A stretch of 64,000 nucleotides of DNA, from contig JBBQUR010000003.1 of the NCBI GenBank assembly GCA_038212275.1, positions 32,001 through 96,000 of the forward strand, written 5' to 3'. Both the position numbers and the translations under genes were made by a program. The notes beneath the pieces are model-generated. The model worked only from the letters and a program-made list of their open reading frames with translations, did not search any database and had not been told where the DNA came from. The DNA comes from Planctomycetota bacterium (GTDB taxonomy: Bacteria; Planctomycetota; B15-G4). Of this stretch, positions 54,054 to 63,960 are shown piece by piece. Numbering within the stretch: position 1 is the stretch's first letter; every line of letters starts with the position of its first letter.

Positions 54054-57000
54054 TCAGTTGCCCTGCGGCGCGAGATCGAGCTCCTCGAGCACGCCGGCGC
54101 GGTAGCTCGGCGATTCGATGGTCGCCAGGGCCGCATCGAAGTGCGCCCGCAGGGCGGCATCGGTCAGCGCCTCGGGCGGCACGCTGGCCAGCACCTCGGC
54201 CATCGCGGCATCGCCGTCGATGCCCCGCGCGGCGGCGTCGAGCAGGTCGCCGAGTGCGGCGCGCGGCAGGTCATCGTCGCCGAGGAAACTCTGCAGCGTC
54301 TCCGCGAGGTAGGCGTCGGAGTCGATGGAGGCCAGCGCCACGAGCACCGCGGCGCGCACCGAGGCGTCGGAGAGTGCCCGCGCCGGGAGCTGCTGCAGGA
54401 CGTCCGCAAGACGCGCATCACTCTCCACCGACGTCGCGGCGGTCGAGAGCAGCGCCGCCAGCGTCTCGCCCTTGACGCCGCGCTGATCGAGCAACGGCGC
54501 GATGACCTCGGCGCGGTATGCATCCGAGCCCACGGTGTCGAGCGCGGCGAGGAAGGCCGTCCGCACCGCCGGGTCGCGCAGCCGCGTGCCGGGCACCTCG
54601 GCCAGCACATCGGCGGCGCATGAGTCGGACTCGAGGCCGCGTGCCGCGCTCTGCAGTGCTGCCACGAGGACGGTGCCGTCCACGTACTCGCCGCTCAGCA
54701 GGCTTTCCAGCACCTGAGCCTGATACGCGTCGGACTCCAGGCTGTCCACGGCAGCGAACAGCGGGCCTGCGAGATCCGGGTCGGCCAGCAGTTCGGCGCC
54801 CACCTCGTCGAGCAGGTCGGCGAGGAAGGCGTCCGACGGCAGGTCGGTGCCCACCTGCGACAGGGCGGAGGCCGTGTCGGCCGCGTCGAGTTCGTGCTCC
54901 GTGAACAGCGTCTCGTAGAAGCCGGCGCGCGTCGATTCCTCGGGCATCGCGGCCACTTCCGCCAGCACGGCGGAGATGCCGCCGTGATTCAGCAGCCAGT
55001 CGATGCGCTGCGACGTGAACATGCCGGTGTGCGCGAGGACGCCCGGCATCAGCCGGTCGAGCTCTGCCTGCAGCGCGGGCGCATCGGCCGGCGCGCCGGC
55101 AAGAGTGCCCGACAGCGACCACAGGCTCACGCCGTTCTCGTCCTCGCCGCCGCCCGTGACCACGATGCGGTCCGTGGCGCCGTCGTGCGTGCGCTCGACG
55201 ACGAGTTCCGCGCCGTCGCCGACGTGCGAGAGCTTCGTGCCGGTCTCGTCGGAGTCGAGACAGTCGCGCTGCGTCACGTGATAGGTCTCGCCGCCCTCGG
55301 TCCAGTTCCACGCCTGGTACCCGTCGAGGCGCCACATGTCATGGTCCTGCATGCCCATGGACACTCCCCACGCTCCCGCATTGCTCTCGAAAGCGTCGGA
55401 GTCGAAGGGATCGGCCTCGGACCACTCGCCGGGCGATGCCGGAAGCGGAGGCGCGGCGGCCCGTCCGGCCCGAGCCCCACGGGGAGGCAGGGGCGCACGC
55501 GCCGGCGCCGCGGCGCGGGCGGGCAGTGCTGCAGGCGATGACTGCGGCATGCGCACGACCACCGCGGCCGTGGCAGCCAGCGGCGCTGCCTGCGCAACGG
55601 GTGACAGCGCGGACCTCGCGATCCCGGCGCGCGGTGCGGCGCGGGCAGGCACACCCGCCACGGCGTGAACGGAGCCGGCCTGCTGCGGCGGAATCGCGCC
55701 GGTCGCTGGCCCGTCCTGAATAAGCATGACGGCGCCGCTCGGCGTGGTGATCTGCATGCCCGGTGCGTGGGCGCTTCCGTCATCGATCATGGCCAGCTGG
55801 TAGGTCTGGTTGGCGTCGGCAAGCGCCTCGTCGGATGCCGCCGCGCGGGGGCCGTCGCCGTTCTCTGTCGTCGGCCGACCGAAGCCCCGCTGGTTCATGA
55901 CCTGCAGGGTCCGGGCATCGGGGGGCGGAGCCGTGTTGTCCACGGGCTTGCCCTGCACGCAGGCCAGTGCCAGCACGAGCGTGACGGCGACGGCGCCGGC
56001 GGCCAGCGTGCGGCGGCCCGGCAGCGCGCGGCGGTCGCGGCGCTCGTCGAGCACGGCGAGCAGGCGGCCCTCGAGCTGGCTGCGCCGCGCCATCGCGAGC
56101 GTGGCGAAGCTGCCGGTCCATCCGGTCTGGCGCGTGCGCGCGATGTCGAGCAGGTGTCCCGCGTAGTCGCTCGCACGATTGCCGGCGGCCAGCACGCGGT
56201 CGTCGCAGGCGTGCTCGCGCTGCTGGCGCAGGCGGCGCGCGCCGAGCCACGCCAGCGGCTGATACCAGTACAGCGCGCAGGCCACCTGCGCGAAGACCTG
56301 CGTGAGCCAGTCGCCGCGCTGGATATGCGCCAGCTCGTGCAGCAGCACCTGGCGGCGGCGCGGCGCGGACCAGTCCCCGGCATCGGCCGGCAGCAGGATC
56401 ACCGGATGCGCGTGGCCCCACGTCATCGGCACGACGGGGCCGTCGGCGATGAGCAGCGTGACGCGGCGCCTCAGCGACAGCTCACCGGACGTGCGCGAGA
56501 GCAGGGCGAGCCACGCCGGGTCAAGCACCGGCCTGGCGGCGCGCGCCATCGCACGGGCTCGCAACAGGCCGACGCCCGTGAGCACCAGCACGAGCGCAGC
56601 GCCGGCGGCCCATGCCAGCGTGAGCCAGGCACCGACGCTCCAGCGCGAGGCCGGGCGGCTGGCGTGCGACGCCGTCGCGCCGGCAGTGCTGCGTGCGGCG
56701 CGCTCTCTGTCGCCCGCAGAGAACTCACGCGGCGCGGCGTCGTCGGCCTCCGCAGCCGCACGAACGGCCAGCGCATCCGAGCGCTGGTGCAGCGGCACGC
56801 GCGCGGCGGGCGGGGCGTCGACGCGTGGGACGGAGCGTCTGGAAGCCAGCGGCATGGCCGAGGGCGGCGTCATGGCCGGGGCCGTCGTCGTCGCCGGCGT
56901 CGGCGTCGGTGCCGGCGTGGACGACGTGGCCTCTCCGAACCATGTGCCGGACTGCGCCAGCGCGGCCGGCAGCGGCAGCTCGACGGAGACTCGCGGCAGC

Positions 57001-57236
57001 AGTGGCAGCAGCAGCACCAGGGCCAGCGCGCCGCCGAGCGCGAGCTGCCAGTGCGCGTGGCGCGTGGCGGCCGAGGCGCGGCGCAGCACGGCGTCCACGG
57101 CCAGGGCGATGAGCAGCAGCAGGCCGCCCTTGAGCGCGAGGTCCGGGAGCAGCGCGGTGAGCCCGCGGAACATGCTGCCGAGCGAAGCGGACAGGCCGGG
57201 CAGGTCGAGCGAGAGCACGGAGGTCAGCGTGTGCAT
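54054..57236 (-). CDS. BlaR1/MecR1-like M56 peptidase with C-terminal helical-repeat domain
   Basis: SAA.RH..W; P.T.G...PVILLP; LLHELAHIQRGD; YW..PL.W; RE.ACD..V; YA..LL; LE.RL..L; C-terminal SDAY.A.VL repeats. Confidence 0.9.
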   Translation of the reverse strand: MHTLTSVLSLDLPGLSASLGSMFRGLTALLPDLALKGGLLLLIALAVDAVLRRASAATRHAHWQLALGGALALVLLLPLLPRVSVELPLPAALAQSGTWFGEATSSTPAPTPTPATTTAPAMTPPSAMPLASRRSVPRVDAPPAARVPLHQRSDALAVRAAAEADDAAPREFSAGDRERAARSTAGATASHASRPASRWSVGAWLTLAWAAGAALVLVLTGVGLLRARAMARAARPVLDPAWLALLSRTSGELSLRRRVTLLIADGPVVPMTWGHAHPVILLPADAGDWSAPRRRQVLLHELAHIQRGDWLTQVFAQVACALYWYQPLAWLGARRLRQQREHACDDRVLAAGNRASDYAGHLLDIARTRQTGWTGSFATLAMARRSQLEGRLLAVLDERRDRRALPGRRTLAAGAVAVTLVLALACVQGKPVDNTAPPPDARTLQVMNQRGFGRPTTENGDGPRAAASDEALADANQTYQLAMIDDGSAHAPGMQITTPSGAVMLIQDGPATGAIPPQQAGSVHAVAGVPARAAPRAGIARSALSPVAQAAPLAATAAVVVRMPQSSPAALPARAAAPARAPLPPRGARAGRAAAPPLPASPGEWSEADPFDSDAFESNAGAWGVSMGMQDHDMWRLDGYQAWNWTEGGETYHVTQRDCLDSDETGTKLSHVGDGAELVVERTHDGATDRIVVTGGGEDENGVSLWSLSGTLAGAPADAPALQAELDRLMPGVLAHTGMFTSQRIDWLLNHGGISAVLAEVAAMPEESTRAGFYETLFTEHELDAADTASALSQVGTDLPSDAFLADLLDEVGAELLADPDLAGPLFAAVDSLESDAYQAQVLESLLSGEYVDGTVLVAALQSAARGLESDSCAADVLAEVPGTRLRDPAVRTAFLAALDTVGSDAYRAEVIAPLLDQRGVKGETLAALLSTAATSVESDARLADVLQQLPARALSDASVRAAVLVALASIDSDAYLAETLQSFLGDDDLPRAALGDLLDAAARGIDGDAAMAEVLASVPPEALTDAALRAHFDAALATIESPSYRAGVLEELDLAPQGN

Positions 57237-57238
57237 GT

Positions 57239-57628
57239 TCAGCGTCCTTCCTTGCGGGCCCGCTCGATGAGCTGGGCGAGGTGATCGAGTTCGGAGGCGT
57301 CGAGCGGGCGCGACTTCAGGTCGAGCAGCGCGGCCATGGTCTGGCTCGCGCTGTCGTCGAAGAAGGTGCGCACGAGCTGGCGCAGCGCCGACTGGCTGGC
57401 GCGCTCGCGCGTGACGATGGGGAGGAAGACGTAGCGCGGGCCGTCCTGCTCGTGCTTCAGGTGGCCCTTGTCCTCCAGCACGCGCAGCAGCGCGCGCACA
57501 GCCGAGTAGCTCGGCGGGTCGGGGATGTTGTCCGTGACCTCCTGCGCGGTGGCGCGGCCGCGGGCGTAGATCACGTCCATGATCTGGCGCTCGCGGCGCG
57601 AGAGGGTGTGCTGCTTGGGCTGGGCCAT
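57239..57628 (-). CDS. BlaI/MecI/CopY-family transcriptional repressor
   Basis: LSRRERQIMD..Y, YSAVR.LL..LE.KG, RY.F.P, L..TFF..S.....ALL. Confidence 0.95.
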   Translation of the reverse strand: MAQPKQHTLSRRERQIMDVIYARGRATAQEVTDNIPDPPSYSAVRALLRVLEDKGHLKHEQDGPRYVFLPIVTRERASQSALRQLVRTFFDDSASQTMAALLDLKSRPLDASELDHLAQLIERARKEGR

Positions 57629-57775
57629 GACGATCTCTCCCGAGGCGCGGCCGGCGGCGCCCGCGCGTGCTGTCGAACCATCTCGCCGCGCTCCGCGGCA
57701 CGGCGAGTCTGCTGAAAAGAGCCGGCCCGGGACTCTCCCTCCCGGACCGGCTCAAAGGAGCCGGGCTCTGCCCGA

Positions 57776-57832
57776 CTGCTGCTTTTCCAGCAGAGTGCTA
57801 AGAAACTAGCACCATGTCCGGCGCGGCGTCAA
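57776..57832 (-). promoter_or_regulatory. Promoter of the blaI-like gene overlapped by two tandem palindromic operators
   Basis: CTGCTG-N6-CAGCAG (57776-57793) and GTGCTA-N6-TAGCAC (57795-57812). Minus strand: TTGACG (57832-57827), 18 nt, extended -10 TGcTAGTTT. Confidence 0.75.
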
Positions 57833-57940
57833 GGGGCGAAATCCGAAGCGCTCTCCAGCGCGAGCATCGCCCGGTTGTCCGCCACGGCCCGGGCCGCCAT
57901 GCTGGAGCTCGCGCCGGAAGATCGTGCGGGAGAGATGTGC

Positions 57941-59766
57941 ATGGCACAGACGAGTGCGCTGAAGCGAGGCCTCGCCGTCGTCGGCGTGCTGCTGATCATG
58001 CTCGCGCTCGGCTGGTGGGTGCTGCACACGGACGGATCCGATATTGGCGTGCGTGCCGCCCCGCTGACGAAGCCGTCGACACGCGAGGCCGCGGCCGCGA
58101 ATCTTCCGGCGCCGGCCGCTTCGCCGCCGCTGGTCGTCACGCCGCTCGTTCTCGACGCGATGTCGCCGACCACCACGCGCTCCGCCGAGTCCGCGAACGA
58201 CGGCATCCCCTCGGGCTCGCTCACCGTGCGCGTGCGCTGGTCGGATCGCAGCGTGGCGGCGGGCATCAACCTCAGCGTCATCGACTGGCACCGCCCCAAC
58301 GCGACGGAGCTGGTGCTGCGCGCGACGACGGATGCGGCGGGCGAGGCGCACTTCGCGCGCGTCGCGGCCGGCAGCCTTTTCGTGCAGCCGGATCGCTGCG
58401 ACGGCGTCATGGTGACGCTGCCGCCCGGCGAGGAGCAGCTCGTCGAGCTGGTCATCCCGCCGGGCTTCGCGATCGTCGGTCGCGTCGTGGACGAGCAGGG
58501 TACCGGCATCGCGGACGCGGTCGTGTCGCTGTCCGACCCAGGCACCTACGACCTCTGGCGCGATCTCTCCCGCACCGATGCGCGCGGCGACTTCCTGCTG
58601 CGCGACGCCGGCTCATCGCGTTTCGTCTGCGCGCGCGCCGGGGGCTACAGCGCCTCCGACACGCTCGACGTGTCCGCGTGGGCCGACGGCGACGCGCTGG
58701 AGATCGTGCTGCGCGCGCCGTGCGGCGCCGTGCTCGCCGCGGCGAGCCGATCGGCGGCGCGTGGGTGGTGCTCTATCCGGCCGACGATGCGAACGTCCAG
58801 CACGAGCGCTCGTCCTTCGCTGTGACGGCGGCGAACGGCTCGTTCACGGCGCTGAGTGTCGACTGGCCGGTCGTGGACATCGACATCAGTCTTTCGCCAG
58901 GCGGCGTGCCCGCGCTCGTGCTCGAGAACCAGGAGCGCTGGACCGGGCAGCGCGCGTTCCACGTGCCGTGGTCCAAGGGCGCGGGCAACGTCGTGCGTGG
59001 CCGCGTCGTCGGCATGCTGGTCGAGCCGAGTGAACTGCTGACCGTGGGCCTCCGGCGTCGTGAGGATTCGGGCGCGCGCGGGGTGACCTCGGTGTGGCCC
59101 AACGGCCGCTTCGAGGTGCAGAACCTTCCCGACGGAGAGTTCGTGCTCGGCGTGTGGCTCGGCGATCTGCAGGTGCTCGCATGCGCTGTCGAGCTGCGCG
59201 GCGGCGCCACGGTCGACCTCGGCGATCTCGTCGTCCTCACGGGCGGCCTCGTCGTGCGGCCGGCGTTCGTCGGGCTGTCCGCGGTCCCCGCGCTGAGCAA
59301 CGTGAGCGTGCGACTGCACGCGACCGACGGCCTGGAGCGGACGTACAAGCTTGCCGCCGACGGCGCCGCATGGGTCACCAGCGGGGTGATCGTCGGCGAC
59401 TATGAGCTGACCATCGGCTACCCCGAACTGGGAGTCGTGCGCCGGCCGGTGACGATCGAGGCCGGCGCGCCGCAGCATCTCTCCGTGGACCTGCGCCCGG
59501 GGGCGATGGTGACGATCAGCGCGTGCGGCGCCGGATTGAAGCTGCTTGGCGAAGTGGGGCGCATCGAAGTGAGAGAGCCCGGCGGCAGCTTCCTCGGCGG
59601 CCAGTCAGGCACCGAGGACAGCACGGGCTGCATCGAGCTCACGAAGCGCCTCGCCGCCGGCCGCTACATCGTCGCGATTCTGTCGGGCGAGGACATCCTC
59701 GCTACGCGCGACCTCGACGTGCCCACAGATGTGCGCGAGCAACGTGTCGACATCGAGCTGCCCTGA
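57941..59766 (+). pseudogene. Carboxypeptidase-regulatory-like repeat membrane protein, frameshifted near 58740
   Basis: The 57875 frame matches the downstream paralog up to LRAPCGAVL; the 57814 frame matches from GEPIGGAW to the stop at 59766. Confidence 0.75.
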
Positions 59767-59931
59767 GGCTGCCGGATCGCGGACGCTTCTGCGATACTCG
59801 CGACGCGGCTTCTGTCGCGCACGCCGCAGGGAGCACGGGAGCGAAGTGATGTCGGGGAATATGGCCACGCGAGTACCAGTCTCTCGAGTCTCGCGCGCCG
59901 CGCGAGCTACGCGAGCCAGGCGAGCCAGGCG

Positions 59932-62298
59932 ATGAGCAGCCGCACCGCACAGCGAGCGCCGCTTGTCGTGGCCGGCGTGCTGCTGCTCGCCGCGTTGCTC
60001 GCGCTGCTGTGGTGGTTGCTTGCCGACTCGCCGCGGGGCGATCGGCCGGAAAGAGCCGCGACGCTGACGGCGCCGGAAGCCGGAGCCGCTCCGGTGCCCT
60101 CGCTTCCCGCGCCCGCGCCCGCGCCGCGCGAGTCGCTGCCCGCGGCGGCATCGCCGGCGGAGGACGCGCCGACGTCTGTAGTCTCGCTCGCGGTGCGGCC
60201 CGCTGGCAGTCTGCTCGTGCGCGTGCGCTGGCCGGACCGGAGCGTCGCGGCCGGCATCGGCGTCGTGGTCATCGACTGGCACCGCCCCAACGCCACGGAG
60301 CAGAGGCTGCACGCCACGACGGATGCGGTGGGCGAAGCGCACTTCCCGCACGTGGCCGCAGGCTCTGTCACAGTGGACCTGGACCGCTGCGAGGGCACGA
60401 CGATCGAGCTGGCCCCCGACGAGGTGCAGCTCGTGGAAATCCTGATCGCCCCTGGCGTCGACATCGAAGGCCGCGTGGTGGACATGCACGGCGAAGGAGT
60501 CGCCGACGCAATCGTCTCGCTGTCGGACTGCTTCGCCTACCTGGACTGGCAGGATATCGCGCGCACCGACGCTGACGGCGGCTTCGTGCTGGTGCATGCG
60601 GCCGCGACGCGTTACGTCTGCGCGCGCGCCGATGGTTTTTCGGCCTCGGACACGTACGCGGTCTTCGACTTCCATAAGGGTGACCCGCTGCAGATCGTGC
60701 TGCGCGCGCCGTGCGGCCAGGTCGTCGGCACGGTGAAGGGCCCCGACGGCTCGGCCGTCGTGGGTGCATTGTTATCGCTGGGCGAGCAAGGCTGGCCTCA
60801 GCCGGGCGGGCCCACAGAGCACGTTCCGATGGGGCCGCTGGGCCGTGATGCCGAGTCCGATGCGGCCGGCGCCTTCCGCTTCGGCAGCGTGCCGCCCGGG
60901 CACACCACGCTCTCGGTCCGCGCCGCCGGTTTCGCACCGCTGACGATGCAGCTCCAGGTGCCCGCGCAGCAGGAGACGCCGGCCGAAGTCGTGCTGTCGC
61001 CAGGCTGCTCCGTGACAGGGCGCGTCACCGACGAGTCGGGGCGCGCTGTGGAAGGCGCGTTGGTCACGGCGAGTCGCAATTGGGTTAGCCCGGGCGTCGC
61101 CACGCTGAGCGACGCGCAGGGTCGCTATCTCCTTCAGGACATCGCGCCGGGCAAGCGCTCGTTGAACGCCTGGCATGAGCGGGCTGGCAAGGTCACGGGG
61201 ACAGTGGCGTGCAGCCTCGACGCGATCGCGGAGTGGAATCCCGTCTTGCAAGCCGGCACGGTGCTGCAGGGGCAGGTGATCGGTCGCGGCGGCGAGCCGG
61301 TGGCCGGCGCGTGGATTTCGCTCAGCCCGTCGGGTGCTGCCGAGAACACGTCAATCTCCTCCGCGACCACCGAGGCGGATGGGAGATTCACGGCACTCAA
61401 CATCAAGGGCGACCCCGTGGATGTTGAGATCAGCGCCGTGCCCGAGCAGGGCCCGCTGGTCACCCTGAAGGACCAGCCACGGTGGTCCGGCCAGCGCGTC
61501 TTCCAGATACCGTGGTCGGCGGATGCTGCCAACGTCGTGCGCGGGCGCATCCCCGAGGCTCGCGGCGCTCTGGGCGCGGAGTTCAGGGCGGCGCTGTCAT
61601 GGAGTGAAGATCGTCCCGGGCTGATCTGCCAAGCGCGCGTCGACGACGACGGCAGCTTCGAGTTGGGCAACCTGCCCGATGGCAGCTTCACATTCAGCGT
61701 GCGGCTCGGCTCCAACGAAATGCTGCAGCGCCCGCTCGTCCTGTCGGGCGGCCGGGTGACCGATCTCGGCGACCTGAAACTGGTGCTGGCCCGGCTCGTC
61801 GTGCGGCCGGTGTTCGTGGACTTTCCACAGGCGCCGGCCATGGAGTCCGTCAGCGTCGAGGTGCGCTCCGCGGGCGGTCCGCCCGCGAGCTGGCGACTCT
61901 TGCCGGAAGGCGATGCCTGGGTCGCTGCAACCATCACCCCCGGCGACTACGACCTGAGTCTCTCGGGTCCTGGCATCGGCTCGGTGAAGAACAAGGTGTC
62001 GGTTCCCGAGGTGGCTGAGCATGAGGTTCACGTGGAGCTGCAGCGCGGCATGAACGTGACCCTCAAGGTGTGCGGCAAGTCCATCGTGGGCTGCGTGGCC
62101 GTGCTGTCCCTGCCGGGCGCGGGGCCCGTCGTGAGGCTGGGCGGGAGGATCGACAGCGACGGCTGCATGCTTTACGACGCCTGCCTTACGCCGGGCCGCT
62201 ATCAGGTCGAACTGCGCTTCATGGGCAATCTGCTGAATGCGCATGCGTTCGACGTGTCCGCGCAACCTCAGCAACTCGTGAGCTGGACGGCGCCGTGA
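59932..62298 (+). CDS. Membrane-anchored protein with carboxypeptidase-regulatory-like (prealbumin-fold) repeats
   Basis: N-terminal TM and Pro/Ala linker; repeated GRV.D..G..V.GA.V...TD..G.F...V.PG motifs. Confidence 0.87.
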   Translation: MSSRTAQRAPLVVAGVLLLAALLALLWWLLADSPRGDRPERAATLTAPEAGAAPVPSLPAPAPAPRESLPAAASPAEDAPTSVVSLAVRPAGSLLVRVRWPDRSVAAGIGVVVIDWHRPNATEQRLHATTDAVGEAHFPHVAAGSVTVDLDRCEGTTIELAPDEVQLVEILIAPGVDIEGRVVDMHGEGVADAIVSLSDCFAYLDWQDIARTDADGGFVLVHAAATRYVCARADGFSASDTYAVFDFHKGDPLQIVLRAPCGQVVGTVKGPDGSAVVGALLSLGEQGWPQPGGPTEHVPMGPLGRDAESDAAGAFRFGSVPPGHTTLSVRAAGFAPLTMQLQVPAQQETPAEVVLSPGCSVTGRVTDESGRAVEGALVTASRNWVSPGVATLSDAQGRYLLQDIAPGKRSLNAWHERAGKVTGTVACSLDAIAEWNPVLQAGTVLQGQVIGRGGEPVAGAWISLSPSGAAENTSISSATTEADGRFTALNIKGDPVDVEISAVPEQGPLVTLKDQPRWSGQRVFQIPWSADAANVVRGRIPEARGALGAEFRAALSWSEDRPGLICQARVDDDGSFELGNLPDGSFTFSVRLGSNEMLQRPLVLSGGRVTDLGDLKLVLARLVVRPVFVDFPQAPAMESVSVEVRSAGGPPASWRLLPEGDAWVAATITPGDYDLSLSGPGIGSVKNKVSVPEVAEHEVHVELQRGMNVTLKVCGKSIVGCVAVLSLPGAGPVVRLGGRIDSDGCMLYDACLTPGRYQVELRFMGNLLNAHAFDVSAQPQQLVSWTAP

Positions 62299-62323
62299 GG
62301 CCTCCGTCGTCCGGCCGCAGCGC

Positions 62324-62893
62324 TCAGCCCGTAGCAGGCAGCGCGGCCGCGGACGGCAGCGCGACGATGTCCGGCAGGTGGCGAAAGCGTTCGTTCCAGT
62401 CGAGGCCGTAACCGACCACGAAGAGGTCCGGGATGACGAGACCGCGGAAGTCTGCGTCGATCGGCACGGCGCGGCGGCTGGGCTTGTCCAGCAGCGTGGC
62501 GATGCGCACGCTGCCGGGGCCGTGCGACAAGAGCTGCTGGCGCACGAGCGTCAGCGTGCGGCCGGTGTCGAGGATGTCGTCGACGAGCAGCACGTGCTTG
62601 CCGGCGACGTCGGAGGTCGGCGCGAGCAGCAGCTTCAGTTCGCCGGGCGAGGTCGCGTCGCCGCGGTAGCTGCTCGCGAGCACGACGCCGAGGCGCAGCG
62701 GCAGGTCGAGGCGCCGGATGAGATCCGCCGCGAAGACGATGCCGCCGTGCAGCACCGCGATGACGACGAGTTCCTCGCTGCCGTAGACCGCGGAGATCTC
62801 GGCCGCGAGGCGATCAACGGCCGCGGCAATCTCCCGGCCGGTGTAGAGCACCTGACTGCCAGGCGGCAGCTGCGTGAGCGACATGACGCTCAC
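62324..62893 (-). CDS. hpt: Hypoxanthine phosphoribosyltransferase
   Basis: VL.GG..F.ADL.R, ASSY, VLLVDDILDTG.TL, LLDKP.RR, FVVGYGLD..E..R.LP. Confidence 0.95.
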   Translation of the reverse strand: MSVMSLTQLPPGSQVLYTGREIAAAVDRLAAEISAVYGSEELVVIAVLHGGIVFAADLIRRLDLPLRLGVVLASSYRGDATSPGELKLLLAPTSDVAGKHVLLVDDILDTGRTLTLVRQQLLSHGPGSVRIATLLDKPSRRAVPIDADFRGLVIPDLFVVGYGLDWNERFRHLPDIVALPSAAALPATG

Positions 62894-63960
62894 GGCTTCT
62901 TCGCCCTCGAAACTCCCGCCGCTCCGGCCGCGCCGCCGCCCGGTCCGCCGTACCCGCCATGACCACCGGCAAGGCCAGCACTCTGTCCCGGCACGTAGCC
63001 CTTGCCTGTGCCCGCGCCGCCGCTGAGGTTGCTCCCGCCGCTGGCGGCGACCACGCCCGCGCCGTGCGCGCCCGCGCCCAGCGCCGCGCCGCCCCCGAGT
63101 CGCGGCAGCGCGCCGGCGAGCAGCGCCTGCAGCGTCGCGACATTGGCTGCGCTGCTGCGCAGCACTTCCTCGTGCCGGAGCGGCCGGTCTTCGAGGCCAG
63201 CCGCCATGTTGGTCACGTTGGCCAGGCCTCCGACGCGCATGCCGCGCTGCCGCGCGACGAGCACTTCCGGCACCATGGACATGGACACGACGCGCGCACC
63301 GCAGGCCCGCGCCATGCGCACCTCGGCCGGCGTCTCGTAGGACGGCCCGTGAAAGTGCGCGAGCACGCCGCGGCTGCAGTTCACCTTCGCCAGCACGGCC
63401 GTCTCTTCGAGGATGCGCAGCGCCTCGGGGTCGTAGGCGGCCGTCATGTCGGGGAAGCGCGGTCCGAGGCGCGGGTCCTCGTCGCCGGCCAGCACGTTGA
63501 CGCCCGAGAAGTTGATGTGATCCTCGACGAGCATGATGTCGCCGGGCTTGAGTTCAGCAACCGTGGATCCGACGGCCGACGTGACGAGCAGCGTGTGCAC
63601 GCCGAGCAGCGAGAGCAGCCGCACCGGCATGGCGACCTCCGCGAGCGAGCGGCCCTCGTAGATGTGGATGCGGCCGCAGAGCGCGAGCACCGGCACGCCG
63701 CTCGCACGCCCGTAGAGCAGCGCGCCCGGATGGCCCGCGGTGCGCGTCACCGGCATGCCCGGAATGTCCGCGTACTGCAGATACTGCGGGCGCTCGAGGC
63801 TGTCGAGCGCCTCCGACAGGCCGGAGCCGAGCACGACGCCGATGGGCGCGCGGCCGAGCTTCTCGGCCACGACGTCCGCGGCCCGCGTGAGCATCTCGTA
63901 CTGGGAGACCACCTGGCGCTGCCTCCGTCCGGGACCACGGGCTGGATCGAGCGCGGGCAT
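62890..63960 (-). CDS. punA: Purine-nucleoside phosphorylase (trimeric PunA/XapA type)
   Basis: VVLGSGL, GH.G.L, GR.H.YEG, DHINF, GPRFPDM, GPSYETPAE, VTNMAAG, HEEVL; Gly-rich C-terminal tail. True start may be 63912. Confidence 0.9.
   Translation of the reverse strand: MPALDPARGPGRRQRQVVSQYEMLTRAADVVAEKLGRAPIGVVLGSGLSEALDSLERPQYLQYADIPGMPVTRTAGHPGALLYGRASGVPVLALCGRIHIYEGRSLAEVAMPVRLLSLLGVHTLLVTSAVGSTVAELKPGDIMLVEDHINFSGVNVLAGDEDPRLGPRFPDMTAAYDPEALRILEETAVLAKVNCSRGVLAHFHGPSYETPAEVRMARACGARVVSMSMVPEVLVARQRGMRVGGLANVTNMAAGLEDRPLRHEEVLRSSAANVATLQALLAGALPRLGGGAALGAGAHGAGVVAASGGSNLSGGAGTGKGYVPGQSAGLAGGHGGYGGPGGGAAGAAGVSRAKKP

Noticed and set aside
54054..57755. 1233-aa BlaI-M56 fusion, or a beta-lactam resistance locus
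   Set aside because: BlaI is in a different frame with its own stop at 57239; there is no beta-lactamase or penicillin-binding domain.
36040..58760. Programmed ribosomal frameshifting at the two broken genes
   Set aside because: Neither site has a slippery heptamer or homopolymer, and at 58740 sequence is missing relative to the paralog, which indicates a deletion or an assembly error.
48523..63960. add, hpt and punA as a novel system
   Set aside because: This is ordinary purine salvage, and add is about 13 kb from the punA-hpt pair.
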